NCBI GenBank assembly: GCA_963776345.1
Contig: CAVZMH010000015.1
Location: 288,001-352,000 of the forward strand
Length of the DNA: 64,000 nt
DNA from: an uncultured delta proteobacterium
GTDB lineage: Bacteria > Myxococcota > Myxococcia > Myxococcales > Myxococcaceae
Direction: 5' to 3'
Below, piece after piece: positions 19,982-32,145 of this stretch (position 1 is its first letter; every line of letters starts with the position of its first letter). The translations under genes were made by a program, and so were the position numbers. Under the pieces are notes generated by a model. That model saw nothing but the letters and a program-made list of their open reading frames with translations, did not search any database and had not been told where the DNA came from.

Positions 19982-22129
19982 GTGGAATCGACCGACCCCC
20001 GGATGTTCATCAACCGCGAGCTGAGCGCGCTCGCCTTCAACCTGCGCATCCTGGGGGAGGCGCAGGACGCCACCCTGCCCCCGTACGAGCGGGTCCGGTT
20101 CCTCTCCATCGGCTCGGCGAACCTGGACGAGTTCTTCATGGTGCGGGTGGCCGGCATCAAACAGCAGCTGGCCTCCGGGGTCACGGCCACCGAGGCGGAC
20201 GGCCTCTCGCCCAGCGAGCAGTTCCAGGCCATCACCGCCGAGGTCCGGGAGATGGTCCGGGTCTTCGACTCGGTCTGGCGGGACGAGCTGGTCCCCCTCC
20301 TCAAGTCGCACGGGGTCGAGCTGGTCTCGCCCGATGCGCTCGACCGGGCCCAGCGGGACGCGGTGCGCGAGCATTTCCGCTCGGCGGTCTTCCCTGCCCT
20401 CACCCCGCTGGCGGTGGACCCCGGGCATCCCTTCCCCCACCTGCGCAACAAGTCGCTGAACCTGGCGGTGGTGCTCCACCGCGAGGGCCGGAAGCGCCGG
20501 GCCGGCAGCGGACCCGCGGACCTCGCCGTCGTCCAGGTCCCCACCGTCCTGAGCCGGCTCGTCCCGGTGCCCGCCGACGAAGGCCGGAGCGCCTACCTCC
20601 TGCTCGAGGACCTGATCGGCCTCTTCCTGGGGGAGCTGTTCCCCGGCTTCACCGTGGAGCACAAGGCGGCCTTCCGGGTGACCCGCAACTGGGACCTGAA
20701 CGTGGACGAGGAGGAGTCCGAGGACCTCATGTCCACCATCCAGGAGGAGCTCCGCCGGCGCGACCGGGGCATGGCAGTGCGGCTCGAGCTGGACCAGGGG
20801 GCCACGCTGGCGCTCGAGGCGTCGCTCCGGCAGTCGCTGGGGCTCGCCCACGAGGACGTCTACCGCTCCGAGGCGCCGCTCCAGCTCTCCGACCTGACCG
20901 CCCTGGCCGAGCGCGACCACCGCCCCGAGCTCCGGGCCGAGCCCTTCACCCCTGCCCTTCCGCCCGCGCTCCGCGACGCCGAGAGCCTCTTCCCGGTGCT
21001 CGCCCGCGGCGACGTGCTGCTCCAGCATCCCTACGAGTCGTTCGACCTCGTCACCCGCTTCATCGAGGAGGCGGCCGACGACCCCAACGTGCTGGCCATC
21101 AAGCAGACCCTGTACCGCATCGCCCCGGACAGCCCGATCGCCCGGGCGCTCGGCCGCGCCGCCGAGAACGGCAAGCAGGTGGCGGCGCTGGTGGAGCTCA
21201 AGGCGCGCCTCGACGAGGCCAACAACATCGCCTGGGCCCGGCGCATGGAGGAGGCGGGCGTCCACGTGGTCTACGGGCTCATCGGCCTCAAGACCCACTG
21301 CAAGATCGCCCTGGTGGTCCGGCGCGAGGGCCAGGGCATCCGCCGCTACGTCCACCTCGGGACGGGGAACTACAACGCCCTGACCGCGCGGCAGTACACC
21401 GACCTGTCGCTCTTCACCTCCCGGACCGCGGTGGCCGACGACGTGAGCGCGCTGTTCAACATGCTCACCGGCTACGCCGTGCCGCCGACCTTCAAGCGAC
21501 TGGTGGTGGCGCCCTTCGGGCTCCAGCAGAAGCTGACCGAGCTCATCCGGCGCGAGGCGGACCGGGCCCGCAAGGGCGAGGGCGGGCGCATCCTGGTCAA
21601 GGTGAACCACCTGGTGGACGCGGACCTCATCCGCGAGCTCTACCTGGCCTCGCAGGCGGGCGTGCGGATCGACCTCCTCATCCGGGGCATCTGCTGCCTC
21701 CGGCCGGGCCTGCTCGGCGTCTCGGACAACATCCGGGTGCGGGCGATCACCGACCGGTTCCTCGAGCACGGGCGGGTGTTCGCCTTCGGGACGCCCGAGC
21801 GCGCCGAGGTGTTCCTCTCCAGCTCCGACTGGATGACGCGCAACTTCGTCCGCCGGGTCGAGGTGATGGTCCCGGTGGAGGACCCGGCCATCCGGCTCCG
21901 GCTGCTCGACGAGGTGCTGGGCATCGGGCTGCGCGACGACGCGAAAGCCAGCGAGCTGCAGCCGGACGGGAGCTACACCCCGGTCCGGACCGAGGGCGGC
22001 CCCACCGTCCGCAGCCAGATGGTGTTCCTCGAGCGGGCGCACCGGGCCGAGGCGGGCAAGGACGCCGTCATCCGGCACATCGCCGCGCCCGAGCCCGCCC
22101 CGCCGCGGACCGCCGCGCCGCAGGCCTGA
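19982..22129 (+). CDS. ppk1: Polyphosphate kinase 1 (copy A); start approximate
   Basis: FINRELS, NLDEFFMVRVAG, HPFPH, HPYESF, ELKAR.DE.NNI, LKTHCK, GTGNYN, RFLEH. Confidence 0.95.
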   Translation: MESTDPRMFINRELSALAFNLRILGEAQDATLPPYERVRFLSIGSANLDEFFMVRVAGIKQQLASGVTATEADGLSPSEQFQAITAEVREMVRVFDSVWRDELVPLLKSHGVELVSPDALDRAQRDAVREHFRSAVFPALTPLAVDPGHPFPHLRNKSLNLAVVLHREGRKRRAGSGPADLAVVQVPTVLSRLVPVPADEGRSAYLLLEDLIGLFLGELFPGFTVEHKAAFRVTRNWDLNVDEEESEDLMSTIQEELRRRDRGMAVRLELDQGATLALEASLRQSLGLAHEDVYRSEAPLQLSDLTALAERDHRPELRAEPFTPALPPALRDAESLFPVLARGDVLLQHPYESFDLVTRFIEEAADDPNVLAIKQTLYRIAPDSPIARALGRAAENGKQVAALVELKARLDEANNIAWARRMEEAGVHVVYGLIGLKTHCKIALVVRREGQGIRRYVHLGTGNYNALTARQYTDLSLFTSRTAVADDVSALFNMLTGYAVPPTFKRLVVAPFGLQQKLTELIRREADRARKGEGGRILVKVNHLVDADLIRELYLASQAGVRIDLLIRGICCLRPGLLGVSDNIRVRAITDRFLEHGRVFAFGTPERAEVFLSSSDWMTRNFVRRVEVMVPVEDPAIRLRLLDEVLGIGLRDDAKASELQPDGSYTPVRTEGGPTVRSQMVFLERAHRAEAGKDAVIRHIAAPEPAPPRTAAPQA

Positions 22130-22248
22130 GCCGCCGAGGCGGGCTTCCAGCGCCATCGCCAGGGGCCCGACGTTCCTGTCGAGCTCGCTGAACGCAGAGC
22201 CCCGCGCTGCCTTGCGCCCGCGCCCCCCGGCCTGCAAGACGGAGGCAC

Positions 22249-24171
22249 GTGACCCTGCTCCGCGCCGCCGACGTCTCGCTCTCGTTCGGGAGCCGCACCC
22301 TCTTCCACGAGCTCACGCTGGTGGTCGAGGAGGACGAGCGCGTGGGGCTGGTCGGGGTGAACGGCTCGGGCAAGTCGACCCTGATGCGCATCCTCGCCGG
22401 CGAGCTGCGGCCCGACGCCGGGGAGCTCCAGCTCCGCCGCGGCGCGCGGGTGACCTTCCTCGCCCAGGAACCCGAGTTCCCGCCCGGGGCGACCGTCGCC
22501 GGCGAGCTGTCCGTGGCCCAGGCGCCTCTCCGCCAGGCGCTGGAGAAGCACCATGCACTCGCCCACCAGCTCGGCTCGCTCGGCGCTGAGCCGCTGGCCC
22601 GCGCCACCGCCCAGCTCGCCGCGCTGGCCGACCGCATCGAGTCGCTGGGCGGCTGGGACACCGAGCACCAGGCGCGCACCTTGCTCGACCGGCTCGGGGT
22701 GAAGGACTGGGACCGGCCGGTGGACCAGCTCTCGGGCGGCGTGCGCAAGCGGGTGGCCATCGCCCGGGCCCTGCTCTCCCGGCCAGATCTCCTGCTCCTC
22801 GACGAGCCCACCAACCACCTGGACGCCGACACCGTGGAGTGGCTCGAGGACGCGCTCGACGCGCTCCCCGGCGCGCTGCTGCTCGTCACCCACGACCGCT
22901 ACTTCCTCGACAGCCTGGTGGACCGGGTGGTGGAGATCCAGCCGGGAGGCGCGCTGGTCTCCTACCCGGGCAACTACCAGGCCTACCTCGAGCAGAAGCT
23001 CGTCGCAGAGGCGGACGCCGAGCGCACCGAGCACAAGCGCGGCCGGTGGATCGCCCAGGAGGTGGCCTGGCTCCGGCGCGGCCCCGAGGCGCGGCGCACC
23101 AAGAGCCGGGCCCGCATCGAGCGCGCCCGGCGGCTCATGGCCGAGCCGCGCTTCCGCCGCCCGCGCGTGCCCGAGCTGCAGCTGGCCGAGGCGCCTCGCC
23201 TGGGCCACACCGTGCTCGAGGCCCGCGACGTCGCCTTCGGGTGGCCGGGGCGCGAGGTGTTCCGCGACGTCTCGCTCCTCGTCCAGTCCGGCGACCGGGT
23301 GGGCATCGTCGGTCCGAACGGCGCGGGCAAGACGACCTTGCTCCGGGTCCTCCTCGGCGAGCTCGCACCCCAGCACGGCACGGTGGTCCGCGGTCGAACC
23401 GTCCGCGTCGCGCACTTCGACCAGGGGCGCGCGTCGCTGGACCCGGAGCAGACGGTGTACGAGGCCGCGTCCAGCGAGGAGCAGGTGGAGCTCGGCGGAC
23501 GGACGGTGGCGCTCCGCGACTACCTCGACGACCTGCTGTTTCCCGTCCCGATGCAGCGGATGAAGGTCGGCGCGCTCTCGGGCGGCGAGCGGAACCGGCT
23601 GCTGCTGGCGCGGCTGTTCCTCCAGGGGGCGAATCTCCTCGTCCTCGACGAGCCGACCAACGACCTCGATCTGCCGACGCTCAACGTCCTCGAGCGGCTG
23701 CTGCTCGGCTTCGGCGGGGCGGTGCTGCTCGTGACCCACGACCGGTACTTCCTGGACAAGGTCGCGACGCGCATCGTGGCCGTGGAGGGCGACGGCAAGG
23801 TGGTCTCCTGGCCGGGGAACTACACGACGTACCGGACGCTCCGGGCGCAGACGATGACATCCGCACCGCCCTCCACGGCCACCAGCGAGGCCCGGGACCG
23901 GCCGACTCCGTCCTCGCGGAACGGCGCCCGACCCTCCGAGCCGACCCGTCCGAGGCGTCTCGGGTACCAGGCGCAGCGCGAGCTCGAGGGCATGGAAGCG
24001 GCGATCGAGGCGGCCGAGGCGCGTCGGGCCGAGGCGGAGGCCGCGCTGCTCCGCCCGGAGGTGTACTCGGACGGGCGCCGGGCGGCCGAGGCGCAGGCGG
24101 CGCTCGCCGCGGCCGCAGTCGAGGTGGACCGGCTGTACGCGCGGTGGGCCGAGCTCACCTCGATCGGGTGA
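22249..24171 (+). CDS. ABC-F family ATPase, Uup-like
   Basis: Two NBDs (GVNGSGKS, LSGG, LDEPTNHLD; GPNGAGKT, LSGGERNR), linker ARRTKSRARI, C-terminal coiled coil ending LYARWAEL. Confidence 0.92.
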   Translation: MTLLRAADVSLSFGSRTLFHELTLVVEEDERVGLVGVNGSGKSTLMRILAGELRPDAGELQLRRGARVTFLAQEPEFPPGATVAGELSVAQAPLRQALEKHHALAHQLGSLGAEPLARATAQLAALADRIESLGGWDTEHQARTLLDRLGVKDWDRPVDQLSGGVRKRVAIARALLSRPDLLLLDEPTNHLDADTVEWLEDALDALPGALLLVTHDRYFLDSLVDRVVEIQPGGALVSYPGNYQAYLEQKLVAEADAERTEHKRGRWIAQEVAWLRRGPEARRTKSRARIERARRLMAEPRFRRPRVPELQLAEAPRLGHTVLEARDVAFGWPGREVFRDVSLLVQSGDRVGIVGPNGAGKTTLLRVLLGELAPQHGTVVRGRTVRVAHFDQGRASLDPEQTVYEAASSEEQVELGGRTVALRDYLDDLLFPVPMQRMKVGALSGGERNRLLLARLFLQGANLLVLDEPTNDLDLPTLNVLERLLLGFGGAVLLVTHDRYFLDKVATRIVAVEGDGKVVSWPGNYTTYRTLRAQTMTSAPPSTATSEARDRPTPSSRNGARPSEPTRPRRLGYQAQRELEGMEAAIEAAEARRAEAEAALLRPEVYSDGRRAAEAQAALAAAAVEVDRLYARWAELTSIG

Positions 24172-24873
24172 GTGACCTTGCCGTGCCCAGCGCGAGCGCG
24201 CCGTAGACCCCGGCCGCCTCGAAGCTGGGCACGCCTCGCGGGCGATGCGCCCACCCGTTCATCACCAGCGTGAGTCGCAGCTCTCCGCGGGTCCGGAGCC
24301 GGGACACCGGGACGTCGTTCCGGGCATCGAGCACCCCGTGCGTCAGCCGCCCGTCGAAGACGGCGAGGCGGTTCGGGCGAGGGCCGACGAGGTCGGCCTC
24401 GAGCGGAAGCGGGACCAGCGCCGGGTTCCGCGGATCCGGCGCCTGCGCGGTCACCGCGAGCGCGCCGCCCCGCACCCGGTTCAGGAAGAGCACCGAGGAG
24501 ACGCGCGGATGCCGCTGCGGACCGCCGCCCAGGGCCAGGCGCTCGTCCCGGTCGCGGTGGAAGTCCACGCGCACGTCGTGGGTCCACATCCGCGACAGCC
24601 ACCACTCGACCCCGCGCGCGCCCTGCGCACGAAAGCGGGCCGACAGCGCCAGCGCGGCCAGCTCGGGCACGGCGGCGGGCGTCGCGTCGAGGTCGAACCA
24701 GAAGGTCGTCTCGTACGTCCGCCGGAGTCCCTCCGTCCCGAGCCGGCGCACGCTGTCCCGCAGCTTCCGGAACAGCGCCGGCGGGAGCGCCTCGTCGGCG
24801 ATCTCGACCAGGCGCTCCGACCGGACCCCGTCGGCTCGTCGAGGACTCCGCCGGCCAGTGCGCCTCGCCGAGG

Positions 24874-24877
<4 letters not shown>
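24155..24877 (-). CDS. Putative 2OG-Fe(II) oxygenase
   Basis: FHRDRD (HxD), SSVLFL, GG, P..NRLAVFDG.LTHGV (distal His), LRLTLV.N.W (2OG-binding Arg); GTG overlaps the upstream TGA. Confidence 0.72.
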
Positions 24878-26852
<1,975 letters not shown>

Positions 26853-26869
26853 CTAGGGTGCGCCCTTCG

Positions 26870-29370
26870 ATGCCCGCCCTCGCCGATCTGCTCCCGCCCG
26901 AGCCGACCTCGGACCCGGACGTCCTGCTGGAGCGCTTCCTCGCCTGGGTCCAGTCCACCGGGCTGACCCTCTACCCCGCCCAGGAGGAGGCGCTGCTCGA
27001 GCTGATGGCGGGCAAGCACGTCCTGCTCGCCACCCCCACCGGCTCCGGGAAGTCGCTGGTCGCCGTCGCTCTGCTCTTCAAGGCGCTCGCCGAGGGGAAG
27101 ATCTCCTTCTACACCGTGCCGATCAAGGCGCTGGCCAACGAGAAGTTCTTCGCGCTTTGCGAGCTGTTCGGCGCCGAGCGGGTGGGCATGCTCACCGGCG
27201 ACGCGAGCATCAACCGCGGCGCCCCCATCATCTGCTGCACCGCCGAGGTCCTCGCCAACCTCGCCCTGCGCGAGGCCGAGCCCCGCGTCGACGCGGTGGT
27301 GATGGACGAGTTCCACTACTACGGGGACAAGGACCGCGGCGTCGCCTGGCAGATTCCGCTCCTCACCCTGCCCCACGCCACCTTCCTCCTGATGTCCGCC
27401 ACGCTCGGGGACACCACCGCCATCGAGCAGAGCATCCGGGACCTCACCGGCCGGGAGGTCGCCTCGGTCCGGAGCGGCCAGCGCCCGGTCCCGCTGGAGT
27501 ACGAGTACCGGGAGACGCCGCTCCACGAGACCCTCGAGGACCTGGTCCAGGGCGGCCGGGCCCCGGTCTACCTGGTCAACTTCTCCCAGCGCGCCGCCGC
27601 CGAGCAGGCCCAGGCCCTCACCTCGGCCAACGTCACCACCCGCGAGGAGAAGGAGGCGCTCCGGGCCGCCCTCACCGACGCCCGGTTCGACTCTCCGTTC
27701 GGCAAGGACATGCGGCGGCTCCTCTCGCACGGCATCGGGCTGCACCACGCCGGGCTGCTGCCGAAGTACCGGCTCCTCTGCGAGAAGCTGGCGCAGTCGG
27801 GGATGCTCAAGGTGGTCAGCGGGACCGACACCCTGGGCGTGGGGGTGAACATCCCGATCCGGACCGTCCTCTTCACCCAGCTCTCCAAGTACGACGGCGA
27901 GAAGACCGCGCAGCTCACCGCCCGCGACTTCCACCAGATCGCCGGGCGCGCCGGACGGAAGGGCTTCGACGACAGGGGCTGGGTCGTGGCGCAGGCCCCC
28001 GAGCACGTCATCGAGAACCTCAAGCTCGGTCAGAAGGCAGCCGCGGGGAAGAAGGTCGTCCGCAAGCCGCCGCCCAAGGGCTTCGTCGGCTGGGACCGGC
28101 AGACGTTCGAGAAGCTGGTCGGGAAGCAGCCCGAGCCGCTCGTCTCCCGCTTCGACGTGACGCACGGGCTCCTGCTCAACCTCCTGCAGGCCGACGCGCC
28201 CGAACGCGGCGGTGGCTACGGCCGGCTGGTGCGCATCGTCCGCCGGGCGCACGTCACCGAGACGCGGAAGAAGCAGCTCCTGGTGAAGAGCGCGGTCCAG
28301 TTCCGCACGCTCCGGGCCGCCGGCCTCGTCTCCACCTTCAAGCACCCCCACGCCCGCTCCGCCGAGGTGGAGATCTCGCCGGAGCTGCAGCGCGACTTCT
28401 CGCTCCACCACACGCTGTCGCTCTACCTGCTCGACACCTTGCCCAGGCTGGACCGCGAGGCCCCGACGTATGCGCTGGACGTCATCACGCTCGTCGAGTC
28501 CATCCTCGAGGACCCGGGCATCGTCCTCCTGAAGCAGCTCGACGCGCTCAAGACCGAGCGGCTCGCCGAGCTGAAGGCCCAGGGCGTCGAGTACGCCCAG
28601 CGCATGGAGGAGCTGGAGAAGCTCGAGTACCCCAAGCCCCACCGCGACTTCATCTACGGCACCTTCGACGCCTTCGCCCTCAAGCACCCGTGGGTGGGGC
28701 ACGAGAACATCCGGCCCAAGTCGGTGGCCCGCGACATGCTCGAGCGGTTCGCGACCTTCAACGACTATGTGCGGCAGTACGAGCTCCAGCGGAGCGAGGG
28801 CGTCCTCCTCCGGTACCTCTCGGACGCGTACAAGACCCTGGCCCAGACCGTTCCCGAGGGCTACCGGGACGAGGCCCTCGACGAGGCGCTGCAGAGCCTC
28901 CGCCGCACCGTGCGCGAGGCCGACTCGAGCCTGCTGGACGAGTGGGAACGGCTCCAGCGCCCGGACGCTGCCCCCGTCCGCCCTCGACCGCGGGAGGCCC
29001 CGTCGGTCCGTCTCCGCGGGAGATCTCCGCGCGCATCCGGTCCGAGCTCCACCGCCTCCTGAAGGCCGTCGCCGAGAAGGCCTGGGACGACGCCCTCGCC
29101 TGTCTCGCCCCCGGCCAGGACTGGACGGCCGAATCACTCGCCGCCGAGACGGCGCCCTACTTCGCCGCCCACGACCGGATGGTCCTCACCCCCGAGGCGC
29201 GACGCCCGAGCATGGCCGTGGTCCGGTCCGACGTTCCCGGCCACTGGGAGGCCCGGCAGAAGATCCTCTCGCCCGACGGCGAGGCGGACTGGATGCTCGA
29301 CTGCTCGGTGACGCTCGCCCCGGGGCCACTCCCCGACGCCCCGCGCTGGCGCTCGAATCGGCTCAACCGC
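26870..29370 (+). CDS. Ski2/HelY-like DEAD/DEAH helicase with DUF3516-like C-terminus; frameshift ~29005, true end uncertain
   Basis: TPTGSGKS, PIKALANEK, MDEFH, MSAT, HHAGLLPKYR, GTDTLGVGVN, QIAGRAGR; the C-terminus continues in another frame. Confidence 0.88.
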
Positions 29371-29675
29371 GCCGATCGGGAGCTCTGCCGGAGCGAAGCC
29401 TGCCCGCCGACCGGGTCGCTCGCCGGGTGTCCCACACGCTGGTGGCCGCGTTCGGCGCTGCATGCCCGACCGGGTCTCCCGTGGCGCTCGAGGGTCTGGC
29501 GCGAGACCCCTCCGGCGCTCGATGGGCCCTGCGACGCTGCGGTGACGCTCTGCACGCCGACGCACGGCATCATCACTGTGCGTCGCTGCACTGGCCGGTC
29601 CGGCGCGCGCGGAGGTTCGCCCCTTCGTTCCCGGCCCGAGCTGCGCCCCCGTCTCGCCCCGAGCACCCTGAACCG

Positions 29676-31305
29676 ATGCCCACGCTGCAAGTCACCCAGG
29701 TCACCAAGGCCTACGGCCAGAAACGCCTCTTCGAGGACGTCGACGTCGCCTTCTCAGAGCACCGCCGCTACGGCCTCACCGGCCCCAACGGCGCCGGCAA
29801 GTCGACATTCATGAAGATCCTCGCCGGCGAGCTCGAGCCCGACACCGGCATGATCAGCCGGCCAAAGAAGACCTCCGTCCTCAAGCAGGACCAGTTCGGC
29901 TACGAGGACGTGCGGGTCCTCGACGTCGTGCTCCAGGGCAACCAGGGGCTCTGGGCGGCGCTCCATGAGAAGGAGACCCTGCTCCACAAGCCCGATCTCA
30001 CCGATGACGACGGCCACCGCCTGGCAGATCTGGAGGCCGTCATCGCCGAGGAGGACGGCTACACCGCCGAGGCCGATGCCGCCGCCCTGCTCTCCGGACT
30101 GGGCGTCCCCGAGGGCGACCACGCCCGGCTGATGCGGGAGATCCCCGGCGGCTACAAGCTCCGCGTGCTCCTCGCCCAGGCCCTCTTCGGCAAGCCCCAG
30201 GCGCTCCTCCTGGACGAGCCCACCAACAACCTCGACCTCGACTCCATCCGCTGGCTGGAGGGCTTCCTCCGCGAGTACGAGGGGATCCTGGTCGCCATCA
30301 GCCACGACCGGCACTTCCTCAACGCGATCTGCACCCACATCGCGGACATCGACTACCAGACCATCATCACCTACCCGGGTGACTACGACGACATGGTGAT
30401 GGCCAAGGCTCAGGTGCGCTCGCGGGTCGAGTCGGAGAATGCCGAGAAGCAGAAGAAGATCTCGCAGCTCCAAGACTTCGTCGCCCGCTTCTCCGCCGGC
30501 ACCCGCGCCAGCCAGGTCCAGAGCCGGAAGAAGGCGATGGAGAAGCTCCAGCTCTCCGACCTCAAGCGCAGCAACATCGAGCGGCCGTTCATCAAGTTCG
30601 AGCAGAAGCGCCCCAGCGGCAAGCAGACCCTGACCATCGAGAAGCTCACCAAGCACTGGCCCGGCGGTGATGGTGGCCGACGACTTCAGCGCGCTGGTCA
30701 CCCGCGGCGAGAAGATTGCCATCATCGGCCGCAACGGCGTGGGCAAGACCACCCTGTGCAAGATGCTGGTCGGCCAGCTCGAGCCCGACGAGGGCACCCT
30801 CACCTGGGGCCACGAGGCCAAGGTCGGCTACCTCGCCCAGGACCACCGCGAGGGCATCCCCAACGACACCACCGCCGCCGAGTGGCTCCACACCTTCGAT
30901 CACAAGGCGGGCAACGAGGAGATCCGCGGGCTGCTCGGGCGGATGCTCTTCAAGGGCGAGGAGGGCCTGAAGCCCACCCGCGCGCTCTCCGGAGGCGAGG
31001 CGGTCCGGCTGATCTTCGCCAAGCTCATGCTCACCAAGGACAACGTCCTGGTGCTCGACGAGCCCACCAACCACCTGGACCTCGAGTCGATCGTCGCTCT
31101 GGGGGACGCGCTCTCCAAGTACGAGGGCACCGCCTTCGTGGTCACCCACGACCGCGACCTCATCGAGCAGTTCGCCACCCGCCTCTGGGCCTTCACCCCG
31201 GAGGGGCTGGTGGACTTCCGCGGGACCTACGACGAGTACCTGGCCAAGAGCGGCGCCGGCGCCGCCGCCACCCGCGCCGGCCCGGCCAGCGGCAAGAAGC
31301 GCTGA
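29676..31305 (+). CDS. ABC-F family ATPase (YbiT-like), frameshifted near 30660
   Basis: RRYGLTGPNGAGKSTFMK, DEPTNNLD, SHDRHFLN; second NBD GRNGVGKT, LSGGE, DEPTNHLD in ORF 30667..31305. Confidence 0.9.
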
Positions 31306-31317
31306 GCAGGACCGTCC

Positions 31318-32141
31318 ATGGACCTCCTCGCCACCGCGCGCCGGCTCGAGGCGATCCAGGCCGAGGTCGTCCGCGCCCTCGCTGCCGAGGCGGAGCCCGT
31401 CGCCGGCGGCTGGATGGCCGCGAACGGCGACCGGGTCGTACCTGAACAAGGCCGTCGGCCTCGGCTTCGAGGCCGAGCCCACCGACGAGGACGTCGCCCG
31501 CATCGAGCGCTTCTTCGCCTCGCGCGGCATCGAGCCCCGGGTGGAGCTGACCCAGTTCGCGCCGGTCGGGCTTCCTGCGCCGGCTCGCCGAGCACGGCTT
31601 CGTCCTGCAGGAGTTCGAGAACACGCTGGTCCTCCCCCTGCCGGGCGTCGGCGACCCGCGATCGCTCCTTCCGGGCGGCTGGCCGGAGGGCGTGCGCATC
31701 GAGCGCGTCGACCCCACCGACGACATCCAGGTGGAGACCTTCGTCCGCACCAGCGCGAGCGGCTTCGTGCCGGAGGGGGAGCCGATCCCGGACGAGTATC
31801 CTGCAGACCGGCGTTAGAGCCGCGCGAGTGCCGGAGCACGACAGCTACGTCGCGTACGCTGGGGAACGAGGTCGCCGGCGCCGGTGGCTGCGGAACGCGC
31901 GCCGGCGTCACCTCTCTGTTCGGCACCTCGGTCCTTCCCGCGGTTCCGGCGGCGGGGGATCCAGCAGGCGCTGATGGCGGTGCGGCTGGAGCGGGCGCTC
32001 GCGCTCGGCTCGGACCTCGCCGACATCACCTCGCATCCGGGCATCCCCACCGAGCGCAACGCCGGACGGCTCGGGTTCCGGCTCGCCTACGTCCGCGCGG
32101 TCCTGGTGAGGCGCGGACCGGGACTCGTCCCCTCGCCATGA
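31318..32141 (+). CDS. GNAT acetyltransferase broken by ~5 single-base insertions (assembly error or pseudogene)
   Basis: Hand-stitched: GGWMA..GSYLNKAVGLGF..IERFFASRG..EFENTL..LFGTSVLP.FRRRGIQQALM..ERNAGRLGF. Confidence 0.7.
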
Positions 32142-32145
32142 CTGC

